Assembly (NCBI GenBank): GCA_026026165.1
Contig: JAPEUD010000019.1
Coordinates: 248,001-312,000 of the forward strand
Origin: Sarea resinae
Lineage: Eukaryota
Length of the DNA stretch: 64,000 nucleotides
Direction of reading: 5' to 3'
Positions 36,988 through 49,358 of the stretch are shown here, one piece after another. How positions within the stretch are numbered: position 1 is the stretch's first letter; each line of letters begins with the position of its first letter. The notes beneath the pieces are model-generated. The model searched no databases. It was not told the origin of the DNA and saw only the letters and a list, made by a program, of their open reading frames with translations. The translations under genes were made by a program, and so were the position numbers.

Positions 36988-38605
36988 TCTGGATGCTATC
37001 TGGCTGGTCGCGACGAGCGCTGTCGCGCTCTTTGAAGACCTACGTCCTCAACGCAATCGCGATACGAAGTGAGGCCAATGGTAGTCCATATGGCCGCGTG
37101 CGCAGTCCCAGAGGTAAAAGGGTTGGGGAACGAGACCGCTTGGTCGCGTGCCCTGAGATGGCCGGACAGGAATGTACGTGATTGCGGGGTGGTCTGGCTC
37201 TTGTGGGCTATGACGGCAGAGGGGCGACGACTTCGGTGCAGTGGTCGTGGTCGTGGTCGTGGTCGTGGTGTTTCGCTATCGAGAGGTACGAGGTCGAGAC
37301 CGAGTCGAGCGAGTGCGGAGAGACTACGGGCGAAATGGGCGTGGATGGGGATGGGGATGCTACTAGGACCTCCAGAGCTACTACGACAACTACCACCTTT
37401 CCCTTCACCAGAGCTGTTTGCCTCTTTGCCTCTCGCACAATCGAATGGAGACAGATCCAGAGATGCGAGCAGCGTGAAAGGGGCCGCGAGCAAGAGTGGC
37501 CATTCTCTCAGGTCAGGGCAGTCACCTCAAGTGACTGTCCTTTCACTTCCACCGCCCTCTGCAGGCCCAGAGGTGATGGATTGACAGAGGTGAGAAGACC
37601 TCGAGGTACGCTGTACTCCGTACATGGTACTCCAGAGCCAAGGTACGATGATGTGGGGAAGATCCCTGGGGTACTGACCAGTATCGGTACCGCCAACCCC
37701 GTGGTCTCAATCGCCCACGACGAGGCTCTCGCTACCTGACGGTACTTCGTGCTCGGCCTTGGTCGAGCTGAAGATCGTCCCAGATCCCCCGACCCCATCC
37801 TCCAATCACGCTCGTCATGGCCATGATCGATGACAGCAATGGTGCGTCTGACGTCATTCGTTTCTCTCTCCGACCACGTGACATCCAGCCACGGAACAAC
37901 AGCACTCACACTCACAGTACAACCGAATACTACGTAGTAACACGATGGACGAGGCCAATGCTCGCTGCGAATAGCTAAGGTAGGTAATCATCATCGACTT
38001 GCAAAGACCACATGCGGCGCTCTCGGCCCTCTTATTTGACATGCGTATGTAGACTCAACCCGCCACTCCAACGCGAACATATCATCCCAGAGCACGCCGG
38101 ATATGCCCGAGTAAGTGAACGCCATGCCAAATGAACAGCTGCCGTAACCCTCGTCCATGCCGCGAGGGATCACTAGCACTCTTCCCACGGTCTGAACGCC
38201 CGCTAAATGCTTCAACGCATGCCATTTGACTTGTAATGCCATTCGCCATCCATGCTGTACCTTAGATCTCGGACACAAGGCGTAACTATCTGACCGAGAT
38301 AGTCCTGCATCCAATATGGCATCAGTAAGGAATCGAAAACGAGAAAGTAGCGGCGACAAAGTACTGCTGTGACAGTCCCTACCTAGTAGCATCAATCCAG
38401 AATTATGATATCGTGCCGTGATGACTTTTCGCCATGAGACCTCTGTCTTTCGTCCGCAATCATAGGTGCTTGACGACGAGTCCTCAAGGCTTGGTGATGA
38501 TGCGCGATGATGCCCCGGCCATCGCCGCTGTCACGCCTGTTGTGTCCAATCAGCCAATTCCGTCCGTCTTTCGCAGCAACCCCTACAATGAAGACTTGGG
38601 TCTCG

Positions 38606-41499
38606 TCAGATGGGGACGTACTGTCTTGCTGCATGTTGAGCGTGGTTCAAATAGCCTGGCCGACGGATATCCCCTGACATGGGTTCCAAGTGAATAACCC
38701 TGCCTTCGTGGTTGTCGCGTACTGATAGCATGTGCGGTGACCCTCGTTGGGGCCGCTCACTCGCAGGCGGGCCATAGCGAGGCAAGCTCTGGGACTCCTC
38801 GAACCTTGTAACCAATTGTAAAGGCTGTTTATGCGGCGGAGACGAGTAAGTAGCATGAGGTGCAATACGTTTGCTTCTTGGAGACAAGAAAGCATCAACT
38901 GAGTCCGTAAGAGGATGAAGACGGAAGTTATCATGCATATTCACTTCATCCTGAGAAAGAGAATCATTTCTCAAATGAGAAATGCGCCTGTCTGCGACCA
39001 CATTAGAAGCTTCAGGCCGATACTCGCGATTCTGGCCGTGGTCCCTTGGCGAATGATGAATGCCAACAGGCAGAGATTGCATATGGGCGAGTCTGGTAGA
39101 GCCACCGTCCTCCCCTCTAGGATGAAGACCCCTGGTCTCATAAGTTGGAGAGCGTCGCTGGTCCCCCTTCACCCACCTAGACATGAATTCGTCCGGGGAA
39201 AGGGGCATCTGAGACGAATTCTCATGATACTCATAGCGTTTGAATCTGCTTTCAGCTTGCGGAAAAGGATATGCACGTTTACGATGAGTTGGAATGGGAT
39301 CATGAGACTGGACTAGAGGATGCGGACTCTGGACTTCTGGACGCTGGGGAACTTCAGCAGTATGCTGCTGGCGTGGATGCTGCCTCAATGGCAGTCCATG
39401 TCTCGATGCTGGTTCGAGAGGATGAACATCCAAAGGTGGCTCAGCATTCATAGCCCGCCGAGAAGGAAGGGCAGAATTCCGAGCGTCTAGTTTTGGCCAG
39501 TAGTCATGTTCGCGTCTGCTCGGCAAATTATCTTTTTCAATAAAAGTAGGAGCCCCTAACATCCGCTCAATCGAGGGATAAACAACATCCTCTGATGGGC
39601 CAGGGTGGGCCAAGTCTGCACGGTGGCCGAGATCCCCTTGTGAATCGAAATGAAAATACTTGCTCGGCGTTTTGCTTTGGATGGGTACTGCGTCAGATAC
39701 AAACGCTATCGTAGGGCCATATTCGCGTGATTGAGGATACGTATTGTCCAAATCGGCCCGATTGCGATATACTCGAGGTCCCTAGATGCCTTATATATCA
39801 GAATTTGACACATCAGACTGCAAGGTTCGACGGAGCTATCATGGAGTTGCTGGGCCTCTACATGAAGACCTACCCCTACATGATCTCGAATAACGCAGTT
39901 TGACCTCTGATGATTCGAAGCGAGAGGCTGCACAACCCGGTCTGTTTTTGGACCACTATTGAGATCTTAGCCGCGTAGAAACAAGTACGTTCTTCATCAA
40001 CCCACAGATGCTGGTAAATCATGCGTGATGGATCTTCAAAGTCTCTATGCTGATCGCCGAGGACTCTCCGGGGTTCCCTGGGACTTAATATTCTCGGTTC
40101 ATCCTCGCTGGCTCGAGGAGGATCTCCCAAAGCCGCCAATGGCCCAGGTTTTCTTTGGCTGCGGTCTAGTGCTTGACTCCAGTGCTCGTAACGACGAAGC
40201 CCACGTCGATCTACAGATATTCCCTCCATGCGCTTGGGCCGTTGGATTTTTCTGGGAACGTAAGTAATTTCTTCTTGGCGACCACCGGCGGTATGTGATT
40301 GATCATCATCAATTGACAGATCCCGCGACATATCCATAGGACTCGAAGCGATTTCATGATGGACGACTTGGTCAGAAATCAACTCAACGCTCGAGTCCCG
40401 GCCTGGCAACTGCTCATCGTCGGACTCGTCGTCGGACTCATCACCACTCTCATCATCTGAAATTACGATGACTTCGCGAAGAATTTCTTCCAACTCATCT
40501 GCATCATTCTCGTCGTCTTTGTCTCCACGCCATCGGACGAGCTGGTCTAAGCACGTTTTCTCGATCTTACCCCTGGCATCATGATAGGATGTTTCTTTGA
40601 GAAGTTTATCGTAGTTGGTATACACATGGCGTATGTGTGCTATGACAGCAAGCTGAACTCGGCGTAACAGAGGAAGGTTCTCAGCCACACCTACTCTATT
40701 TGAGCCCTATTTGCGTTAGCTTATTGTTTCAATGACAACAAGACGTTTACCATCTGAAAAGCACGCGAGACAATCTGCTTGACATCATCTTCGGGAATCT
40801 TTGGAAACAGATCTTTGATTGCGTCTTCTGCTTGCCGATCAAGTGCCTTTTGTGAGGCCGGGATACTTGTGGCAGCATTGCTCTGAATTAGTGACCGACG
40901 TGCTCGGCGAGTACCATGACGTTTCTGGAGCTGAAGAACAGCTGCGTGTGCTCGATCACGTCGCCTAGTGACCTGTCCAGAAGAATCAACATCAACATCT
41001 AGATACCAGCAGGCTTTGTTAACAATAGCACTGGCAAAATGATGCCCAATTCTATGGATGTGATGGGAAATGTGGCTCGCTTTCTTGTGGGCACGGTTCT
41101 CGGGGCGAGCCTGCATCACATTAAATCCAAACACATTATGCATGAACCACGGGATCTTACAGAGACCATGTAGACTTGGTGGCCTTCGACTCTGGACAGT
41201 TCCTTGCACTTATTCGTGAAAGGCGGATTTCCGGCAGCCACGAAAGTAAACCCGGGCGGAGCTCGGGGCTGAAATGATGACTATCAAGACGGTAAATCAG
41301 TGAGCACTCTCAGTGAGAAAAAAAATCTATTGAGAAAAACCTATTCTCTCGAGGGATGACGAACGATGGTGAGCAGCTTCTTCTTCTCCTCTGTGAAAGA
41401 TTCGAATATGACTTTGTGAGGTCTTGGCTTGCGAGCTGCGACCTTTGACCTCGCCCTAGAAGGACGGGTCGAGTCTGCACGCCCGGTTACTCTCCCCAT
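38606..41499 (-). CDS. DUF2293-domain protein with long disordered C-terminus (3' end uncertain, possibly to 38392)
   Basis: PPGFTFVAAGNP..IHRIGHHF..IKDLFPKIP..RVG..RRVQLAVIAHIRHVYTNYDKLL. Confidence 0.8.
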
Positions 41500-41872
41500 G
41501 TTTCGGTCGGGCTGAGAGTCTGTCAATTCATATCCAAAGATCTCTTGAGTGTACTCCGAGCTCTATATTGGGATAGGTCATTGTCTGACCCTCTAGATGC
41601 ATTAGTTTCTGATTTGAGACAAAACATATTCAGCAAAGACGGAAGTTCTGGTAGCTGTGTCCTTTGGCTGCCAGCAGAAGACCATCACTCCTACATTCGT
41701 TGTGACGAAGTAGGACGTCGGTGTGATGATGAATGAATAAGGTATTGGATTGGAGGTGACGGGAGCTTGCCCGCTACCAAATAGACCTGGCCAGCCCAAC
41801 CCGGCAGATTCCGTCCTGTTGATTTTCTCCCCAGACTCTACGGAAACATGCTTCACTACCTTACACCTTGCA

Positions 41873-42341
41873 ATGGCTGTTCGCACACAAGATATCCATA
41901 TCATTCACGCATACCGTCACCTCCATCGTGCTGCATTACAAGCAGTGCAATACTCAAAGCCGTCTAGATTTACCGTGCGGGATAGGGTTCGTCGGACATT
42001 CCGCTATGGGAGCCGATCCGACTTTGATCAGAACAAGATTGATAATACTCTCGAGTTCCTACGAGGCGCAGCTCAGGTCAAAGGGATCGAACATCGCATT
42101 CTGAAGGGCCTGATGCAAGTTTGGTATTGGCAAGAAGTTGATAGGCAGCGAAAGAGAAGGTATGTTTTTCACCTAAAAAAGGTTGATGAAGCTAGCTATC
42201 TATGGAGGGCAATATCTTGACCACGTCATTAGCATACCATATATGACGAAGCTCGAAAAGATGGCGCGAGACAAGGCCTTCGACCATTTCGATTTCTCTC
42301 TTCAGATGTTGAATGACAGCATGGGAATGTGCCTGCGCTGA
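41873..42341 (+). CDS. Small LYR-like / DUF1763-type protein, probably mitochondrial
   Basis: IIHAYRHLHRAALQAVQYSKPSRF..NTLEFL..IEHRILKGL..MLNDSMGMCLR*; one intron. Confidence 0.8.
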
Positions 42342-43185
42342 TATTGTCTATTTCCTCGTCGTACACCTCAGGAGCCTGATCCTTCGATTATGTCGAAGAG
42401 ATTACGAATGGATCTTCAGTGTGTAAGGCTACGAGAGCCCTTACAGAAAACCTGTCGCTCTATACGTTGGCTGGATCAGATTACCCTCCCGAGGACCCCT
42501 GAGAGCGATGAAGCGCAGAATAGCTGCAACCGCGGAAACCACGCATACTAGCCATACCTATTGCTAGTAGCCATCTAGCGTTCAGAGTCTATTACTGCCA
42601 TATTTGAAGCGAAAATAGTGGTCATGGCCGCCATCTTTAGCCTTGGTGTCGACCTCATGCAGATCTGGCATGCCCAGAAGTCTCGGAATATTATCTCGAC
42701 GGTTTCCTAGGTAGCTTGGAGGTAATAAGATCTTCCAAGACTCCTATACTACGTGCTAATGAGAATAGCAAAATATTGAAGATCAATGTACATTCGGGCG
42801 TGCAGGTCCAAGACACGAGATCAAGAGCTCTCTTTTCTCATGATCAAGGTTGAGGTGGATTGGCTCTGCCCATCAACGGGTCAATCGTTGTTCCCCTCGC
42901 ATGAGGTAGCTGCAGTGTTTTCTTGCCATGCTTCCGATGATCATGCATGGAAAATGAGCATCTTCACCGATCCTGTCATTGAAGTCGTCTGTCTAGCTTG
43001 GCCAGTCACATGGCCATATGTGCCTGGGCCGCTCCGGTCTCCAGAGAGCAAGTTGTTGAGCACCTACTATGTACGTAGTACTCTAGTAGATCTGCGGCAG
43101 ATGAGATCTAGTGCCACAGTTGATTGGCAATGGATTTACAGAGTTCCACTCATGTACTAATGCGTACGCAAGGCGTAGTCTTGAC

Positions 43186-43230
43186 GTGGGCAGTGTGGGC
43201 AACGTGGGCAATGTGGGCAATGTGGGCAAT
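43186..43230 (+). repeat. 9-bp tandem repeat x5, unit GTGGGCAAT with variants (GTGGGCAGT, GTGGGCAAC)
   Basis: Directly visible. Confidence 0.9.
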
Positions 43231-43639
43231 GAACTCATACCGGAGGTCGCAGATAAGTCGGCAGCAGAGCTTGGATTGTTGGTTTCTTGGTTTTGCTAGT
43301 AAGCCACTGGAGACGTAGAACTGGCTCAGCAGACCTCCCGCCTCCGCAAGCGGTAGCTGGGATGGCACAGACCGGAATGAGACACGCCCTTGGCCCTCGA
43401 TATCGATGATGATTGAAGGGACGGATTATCTATGAAGTTGTCCGAACAATGACAAGGCAACGAATTATAAAATACACGGGCCTTCTCATCCCGCCAATGC
43501 GATGCAAGTCATCTCCAGAAACACAACTGTATGGCATCTTTCAGCTTCCGTGTAATTGAAGACCCTTCGCAGCAAAAGCGCCCTCACGACCTCACGAATG
43601 CACGCTTGAATCCATACAATATACTACAGTCTTGTTCAG

Positions 43640-46063
43640 ATGAGTGGCCTCGTATCTTCATTTTTCATAGAACCTGTCCTTCGCACAGCTCGTCGGATCT
43701 CTTCTTCGACTGCTCCCACTCCCGCTCGCCACAGCGACTCGCCAGAGGGGTCTCTCAGCACCGCCACTACTCACGCCTCGCTTTCGTCATCACATGATGC
43801 GTCTGTCACGATACCCGGACCAGATGGATTCACGAGCACTCATCCCCAAACAGAGACCGAGGCGGGGCAAGAAGTTGAAGAAGTAGATATTGAACACGAT
43901 CAAATACATTCGGTCGACCGAGCACCATTATTGAGTTTGTGGACGCGAATTCCCTCGACCGCCATTCTAGACCAGCCTATCGTATCTTCCCCAACAACCG
44001 CAGAGAATAACGTCGGCTTGCATGTCTCGAGTGCCGAGAACGACGACTTGAGCTCCTCACCGCATGAGGCCCCGCAACATCTGGTCCCATGCCAGACCGA
44101 TGGCCGAGAGGTCAACGACGAGACTTCGAATAATCCTTTTTACGGTATCCCCGAGCAGTTTCGATCGACAACTACCTCGGTCCATTCCACGGCTTCATTT
44201 GTCGACGCCATTATGAGCTCTCCTGAGCGTTCGAGGCGTGGTACGGGCCCGGACGCCACAGGATCGAACACGGGAAGCTACCATAGTCAGACTGGCTCTG
44301 CCTCACTGCCAGCTGATGATGGCATGGGCACGATGAGAAAGCGTATCGCCGAGATCCGGGATATGGAGGCCTCGAGCGCGGCAAAGGCTCGACTGGTGCA
44401 TGGCTTGATGACTGAGCAGTATCTGTCGTCACAACCTGCGTTGCATACCATTGTTCATGACCCTCGGGCACATTCTCCATTGAGCTTTCTGAGCCATGAT
44501 GGGCCCTGTACGCCGACTTCAACACACTCCGTGCCCAATTACGGTCACGATGCTCTGACCCCAACCTCCATTTCTTCGGACGTCGAGACTGGCGACCCAT
44601 ATCATCTCACCCCAGAGGATCTCAAGCCGACTTATGTGTCGAAACATCTACATTCCGCGACAACCTCCTCGTCAGGAGCAGACAGCGATGAGCAAGCGGA
44701 TGGCGACGAGGATGGCAGAAGTCATTTAGGTTGTCCCCACTACAAGCGTAATGTCAAGCTGCAGTGTTCCGTCTGCAGTCGTTGGTACACGTGCCGATTC
44801 TGTCATGACGAAGTAGAGGACCATTCTTTGAATAGGAGAGAAACGAAGCATATGCTGTGTATGCTATGTGGGACTGCCCAACCAGCTGGGGAACGATGCA
44901 TCCACTGTGGCGAGCGGCCTGCTTGGTATTATTGCAGCGTATGTAAATTGTGGGATGATGATACGGAGAAGAGTATATACCATTGCAATGATTGCGGTAT
45001 CTGCAGAGTTGGACAGGGTCTAGGGAAGGACTACTATCACTGCAAGGTATGCTGCTCCATACAGAACCAGCAAGCAAGATGAGTGCTGACATTTACATAG
45101 ACCTGCTGTGTTTGTATGTCTATTTCGATCGCGAGCTCACATCGATGCATTGAGCGTTCGACTGACTGTGACTGCCCGATATGCGGAGAGTACATGTTCA
45201 CATCACCCCATACAGTTGTCTTCATGAGATGCGGTCACAGTATCCATCACAAATGCTACTACGAACACATGAAATCGTCCTATCGATGTCCAATATGCAG
45301 TCGAAGTATAGTCAATATGGAAATTCAGTTCCGAAATCTAGATCGATCTATTGAAAGCCAGCCTATGCCGCCACAATTCCAAGACACTAAGGCTCTCATA
45401 CATTGCAACGACTGTCTCGCAAAATCGTCGGTAAAATATCACTGGCTAGGCCTGAAGTGCGGCGTGTACGCTTTCTCCGCCAAAATTCCCTTATCGATAT
45501 GAACTGACAGACCATCCAGATGTGATTCGTACAATACTGCACAGATCCAGATTCTCGGCGGCCCTGACCAAGAATCAATTGATGACCTCTCCTCCCCTGA
45601 AGCAGCACAGGTTCCGGCCGAGACCACTGATTCCGTGGCCAATTCGGGCCCGCCAAGCCGCGGTCGAGCACTGCGTCCAGCTGCTGAGATCGATGACCCA
45701 ATCCGATCCACTACCATTGCTTCTGCCTCGTATCCCAACCAGTCTATGCTCCCCCCCTATGCCGTACCAGAGCGCACAGGTCGCTCGCTCTCCCCAACTC
45801 GCCACATAGGGGAGGATGTCTCGAACCTCGGGCCTGATCCTGGAATTCTAGCCCCAGAAGAGAATGGAGATGGAGAGGAAGAGGAAGAAGAGCTTGAATT
45901 TTGGGGTGGTGATGGACCCAGTGAGCGTTTTATGGCCGATCTGATGAGTATTGGCGAGGACGAAGACGATGAGGAAGATGATGAAGATGACGAGGACATG
46001 GATGATGAGGGTGATGGCGATGACGACGAGGACGACGGCATGGAACTTTTCGGTCATCGATAA
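43640..46063 (+). CDS. CHY + CTCHY + RING zinc-finger E3 ligase (Pirh2/RCHY1-like)
   Basis: GCPHYKRNVKLQC..CRFCHD, HCNDCGICRVG, CPICGEYMF..CGHSIH..CPICS, HWLGLKC; acidic tail ending LFGHR. Confidence 0.93.
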
Positions 46064-47208
46064 TGATGTACTGTGCCACGCTCGTCGTCAAACCACTAAC
46101 TTTCCATCAGTCCTTTCTTCCCTTGATACTTCCCAATCCTTTCATCATTATACACGCCGATCTGGTTGATCGGCATACGCAGCACCACTGGATTTCCATC
46201 CGCGTCCACATCCATACCAACAATACACCTCTGACAACCCTTGATGCTTTCGCATCAATAATTATCTTCCATTTACGGGAAACCTCACTTCGACTTCAAA
46301 GGTCTTCATCGACCACCAAATCATAAAAAGGTCACCCGCAGCCCCAGTGCAGCTGCGTCGTCCTCACATATCAACCATCTCAGAACTCACAACAATTTCA
46401 CAATAGGCGTTCTTTCCCCCACCTTCTTCTAATATCATCCGCGGCGCATTCTTCTATGGTGTCGGCCTCGGCGTTTCCGTTCACTCTCTCGTTATCCTAT
46501 CATTCTCTGACGTCCGTCTGCTTTTTCTCTAGGTTACGATATGGAAAAGGGTAATGTCCGTTCTTTGCCTCAAATATGGCTTTAGCGAATGGTTGTAGAT
46601 AGGAAATGGGACTATTGGAGCAGGGGCATAGCGTTGCGTCTAAATTACCTTACGAAAAGAAATTGTATATACCTCATACAATATCTATATGGATAGCAAT
46701 GTCACACATTGTCGCCAGCAAAACATCATTGGAGTCTATCGCTGTCATTTCTAAGCATCTGTCAATCCAGCAATTTATGAGCCATGCATAAGTATGGGTG
46801 AGACTACCGTATTCCACGTGTGATGAAGGCAATCGGTCTCTCTGCTCAGACAATATGCTGTAAATGTCTATATGAAAACCCTCGTAACGCCTTTTTGCCC
46901 CAGGATATCGAATAATAATGCCATCCGTCCCAAATGCCTTTGACCCTCTGGTCGGTCCAAATGCCCTGTCTTGCTGTGCTGTGCGCCATCTTCTTCACCT
47001 CAGTAGTTACCCCGATTCATCCATACACCCATCCATTCTCCCATCTACTAAACAATTGTTCGACATCCGACGGCTCTTATCGCACACCTGCCCACCACAA
47101 GCAAGCTTCCACAATCCTCATCAGCCCAACACGGACAATTCGGCCCCCTCCACTGCCCCAGTATTGTCCCTCTATACAGACAATTATTCCCCACGGCATG
47201 ATCTCTCA

Positions 47209-47646
47209 TCACGCCCCAACTCCTTCCTCCTCTCCCTCTTCTTGGGCAATCCTTAGTTGTTCACCCTCGCGCCGAAGTTCGAGGATCACATTCTGTGTAC
47301 ATGTAGCGAGTCAGCTTTCTGGAAAGGGGGTCAATGCGCGAGGATGGACGTATTTCTAAGGGCAGGCCAAGAAAAAGAAAGGAGGAGACGGACGGCCAAC
47401 GCTTCCGGCGAAACGCCGTTCTCGATCATCGAGACACAGAGGGAGAGCGTGGTACGGTCGAGGTGGGTATTCTGTCGTACGGCGCAGCCATCAGTATAGT
47501 ATCTCCAACCCTATGTCGGTCTCGGAGAGCAGGAATTATGCTGTAGGACAAGAGAGAGGTGCACGCACTAGCAGCGTCGAGATCTCGTGCAAGATGTCTA
47601 TTACTTCGCGCGCCGCCGCGCGCTTCGCGTCAGGTGCTGCTGACAT
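47209..47646 (-). CDS. MZT1: MOZART1, gamma-tubulin complex microprotein, 79 aa, 3 exons (not in ORF track)
   Basis: Exons 47646-47569, 47471-47394, 47292-47209 give [62 protein letters not shown]..; phase-0 GT-AG introns. Confidence 0.95.
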
Positions 47647-48031
47647 CGTTCTTCAGGCTCGTTGGGCTAATCAACGCTTCAATGGGAACGGTTTGAATAA
47701 ATGCCGGGTTGTGTGTTGCCTTATCTTGCGCTATTTTTGTAGAAGTTGTGTTATGATGGGATGTTGATGATGGGTGTTGCGCCGCGTGGTGACATTTGCC
47801 GAGTTTGGATGGAATGTGAGGTGCGCGAGATGTTTCTGAGATATGCCAACATGAGCATATAACAATCCATGATCGATAACTCAAAGCAGAGAGAAATTTG
47901 TCATTGAGATACAAGGATCAGATTCCTCAGAATGCAAATCATCCAGAAAAGTAGGTATTCGCTTTCATCTATATACCAAACTCCAGCCACGCCGATTCAA
48001 AAGCCTAATCCCAAAATCTGGCATCATCCCA

Positions 48032-48892
48032 TTACTGCTTGACAGCCTCAACGAACAGCTCTCTCATTGCCTTCAGGAATGCCCCCAGATCCCTGTTCTC
48101 ATTCAGACTCTCCACCACCCGCTCAACATCCTCAGCTTCAAGTCTCGGCTTGCAATGCAAAACCTCGTAATCCCTCTTTGCAGTTCCCAGTTCGAACCAC
48201 GCCGCGCGCTCCCAATCCCGCGCATCAACATGGGTATACACGAACTTCAGTCGATCTGCCATCCCGGCACCCTCAATCCTGAGGCAAAGATAGTCCTGCC
48301 AAAATTCCAGCTCCGGGACGTTGAAGCGCGATTGTTTGTCTAGATGTTGCGCGTGGGCCTGTTGAGCTTCCAGGCGCTGGGAGATGGCCTTCTGGGTGTC
48401 GGCAATTTGAGCACGCAGGCGGTCGCGGTGAGCCAGCTGAGAGTCGCGCTGAGAAGTGACCGATGCAATAGCGGCAGCCATTTCGGTGGTTTCGGCGGCT
48501 TCTTTTTGGAGCGTTTGAGCGTGCGTTTGCGATTTGAGGGTCAGGATTTCGATGTCTTTCTTGCGCATGCGTTGGTCCTCTACATATCATACCCATGTTA
48601 GTCAACGAAATTCATCATCTCCGGCTGTTTATCATTGGGCTTGCGGACTTGTTTACGCACCCTGCAACTCGGCCACGTTCATGCGGAATTGGTTTCGTTC
48701 TTCCAAAACGCGCTTGCGGCCGCGTTCGATGAATTCGTCGAATCTGACTGTGAACTTCGACATCCGTCCGCGGAGCTCTTCGAAGCCGAAGTCGATGCTT
48801 GGGAGGCTGTCGGCCATTGAGGGCGTGTCAGCAGAGACGGACGCGCGCATGGCGCTGGTGGAGAGCGAGGGCTCGAAGGCCATGGCTGCCAT
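48032..48892 (-). CDS. SPC25: Ndc80-complex kinetochore protein Spc25
   Basis: LPSIDFGFEELRGRMSKFTVRFDEFIERGRKRVLEERNQF..PELEFWQDYLCLRIEG..FLKAMRELF; one intron. Confidence 0.94.
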
Positions 48893-49358
48893 GGTGGTGC
48901 TGTAGACCGGCGATCGGTTTGTGGGCACTCTCAATCGATGTTGTGGTATCGCAGTCGTTGCGTTTCCACTTCTCTCTTGGATGCGATGACGGCAATTGCG
49001 TGGCAATCGGAGGGTGTAGGGGTTGTTGATGGACATGTGTGTGGGCGGCAGGACAGACTGTAGCCGGAAACGGTCGGTTGCTATGGACAACCGAGAAAGT
49101 CCAGAACGTTCAGAACTTCAAAAATTGCTCGACAAACGACATCATTGACCGTACGAATCATGATCAATGCTGACGCTAATGCTGATGCTGTGCGATGACT
49201 TGTACCACCAGCCTACCTGTTGTCAACTTGCTCTGATCGATGCACGACTCGTTCATCTCTCCGCATCTGGAACTTACTCATTTGCCTGGTCTTGAAGTCC
49301 GCCGCCATGAGTCTTGCGACAGCCGGCTTCATCAGACCCAAAATCAGACTATTCCCAG

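Noticed and set aside
47764..47840. TGATGA..CTGA spacing like a C/D snoRNA (also about 28237-28289)
   Set aside because: Imperfect C box, no recognisable rRNA-complementary guide, located in promoter DNA
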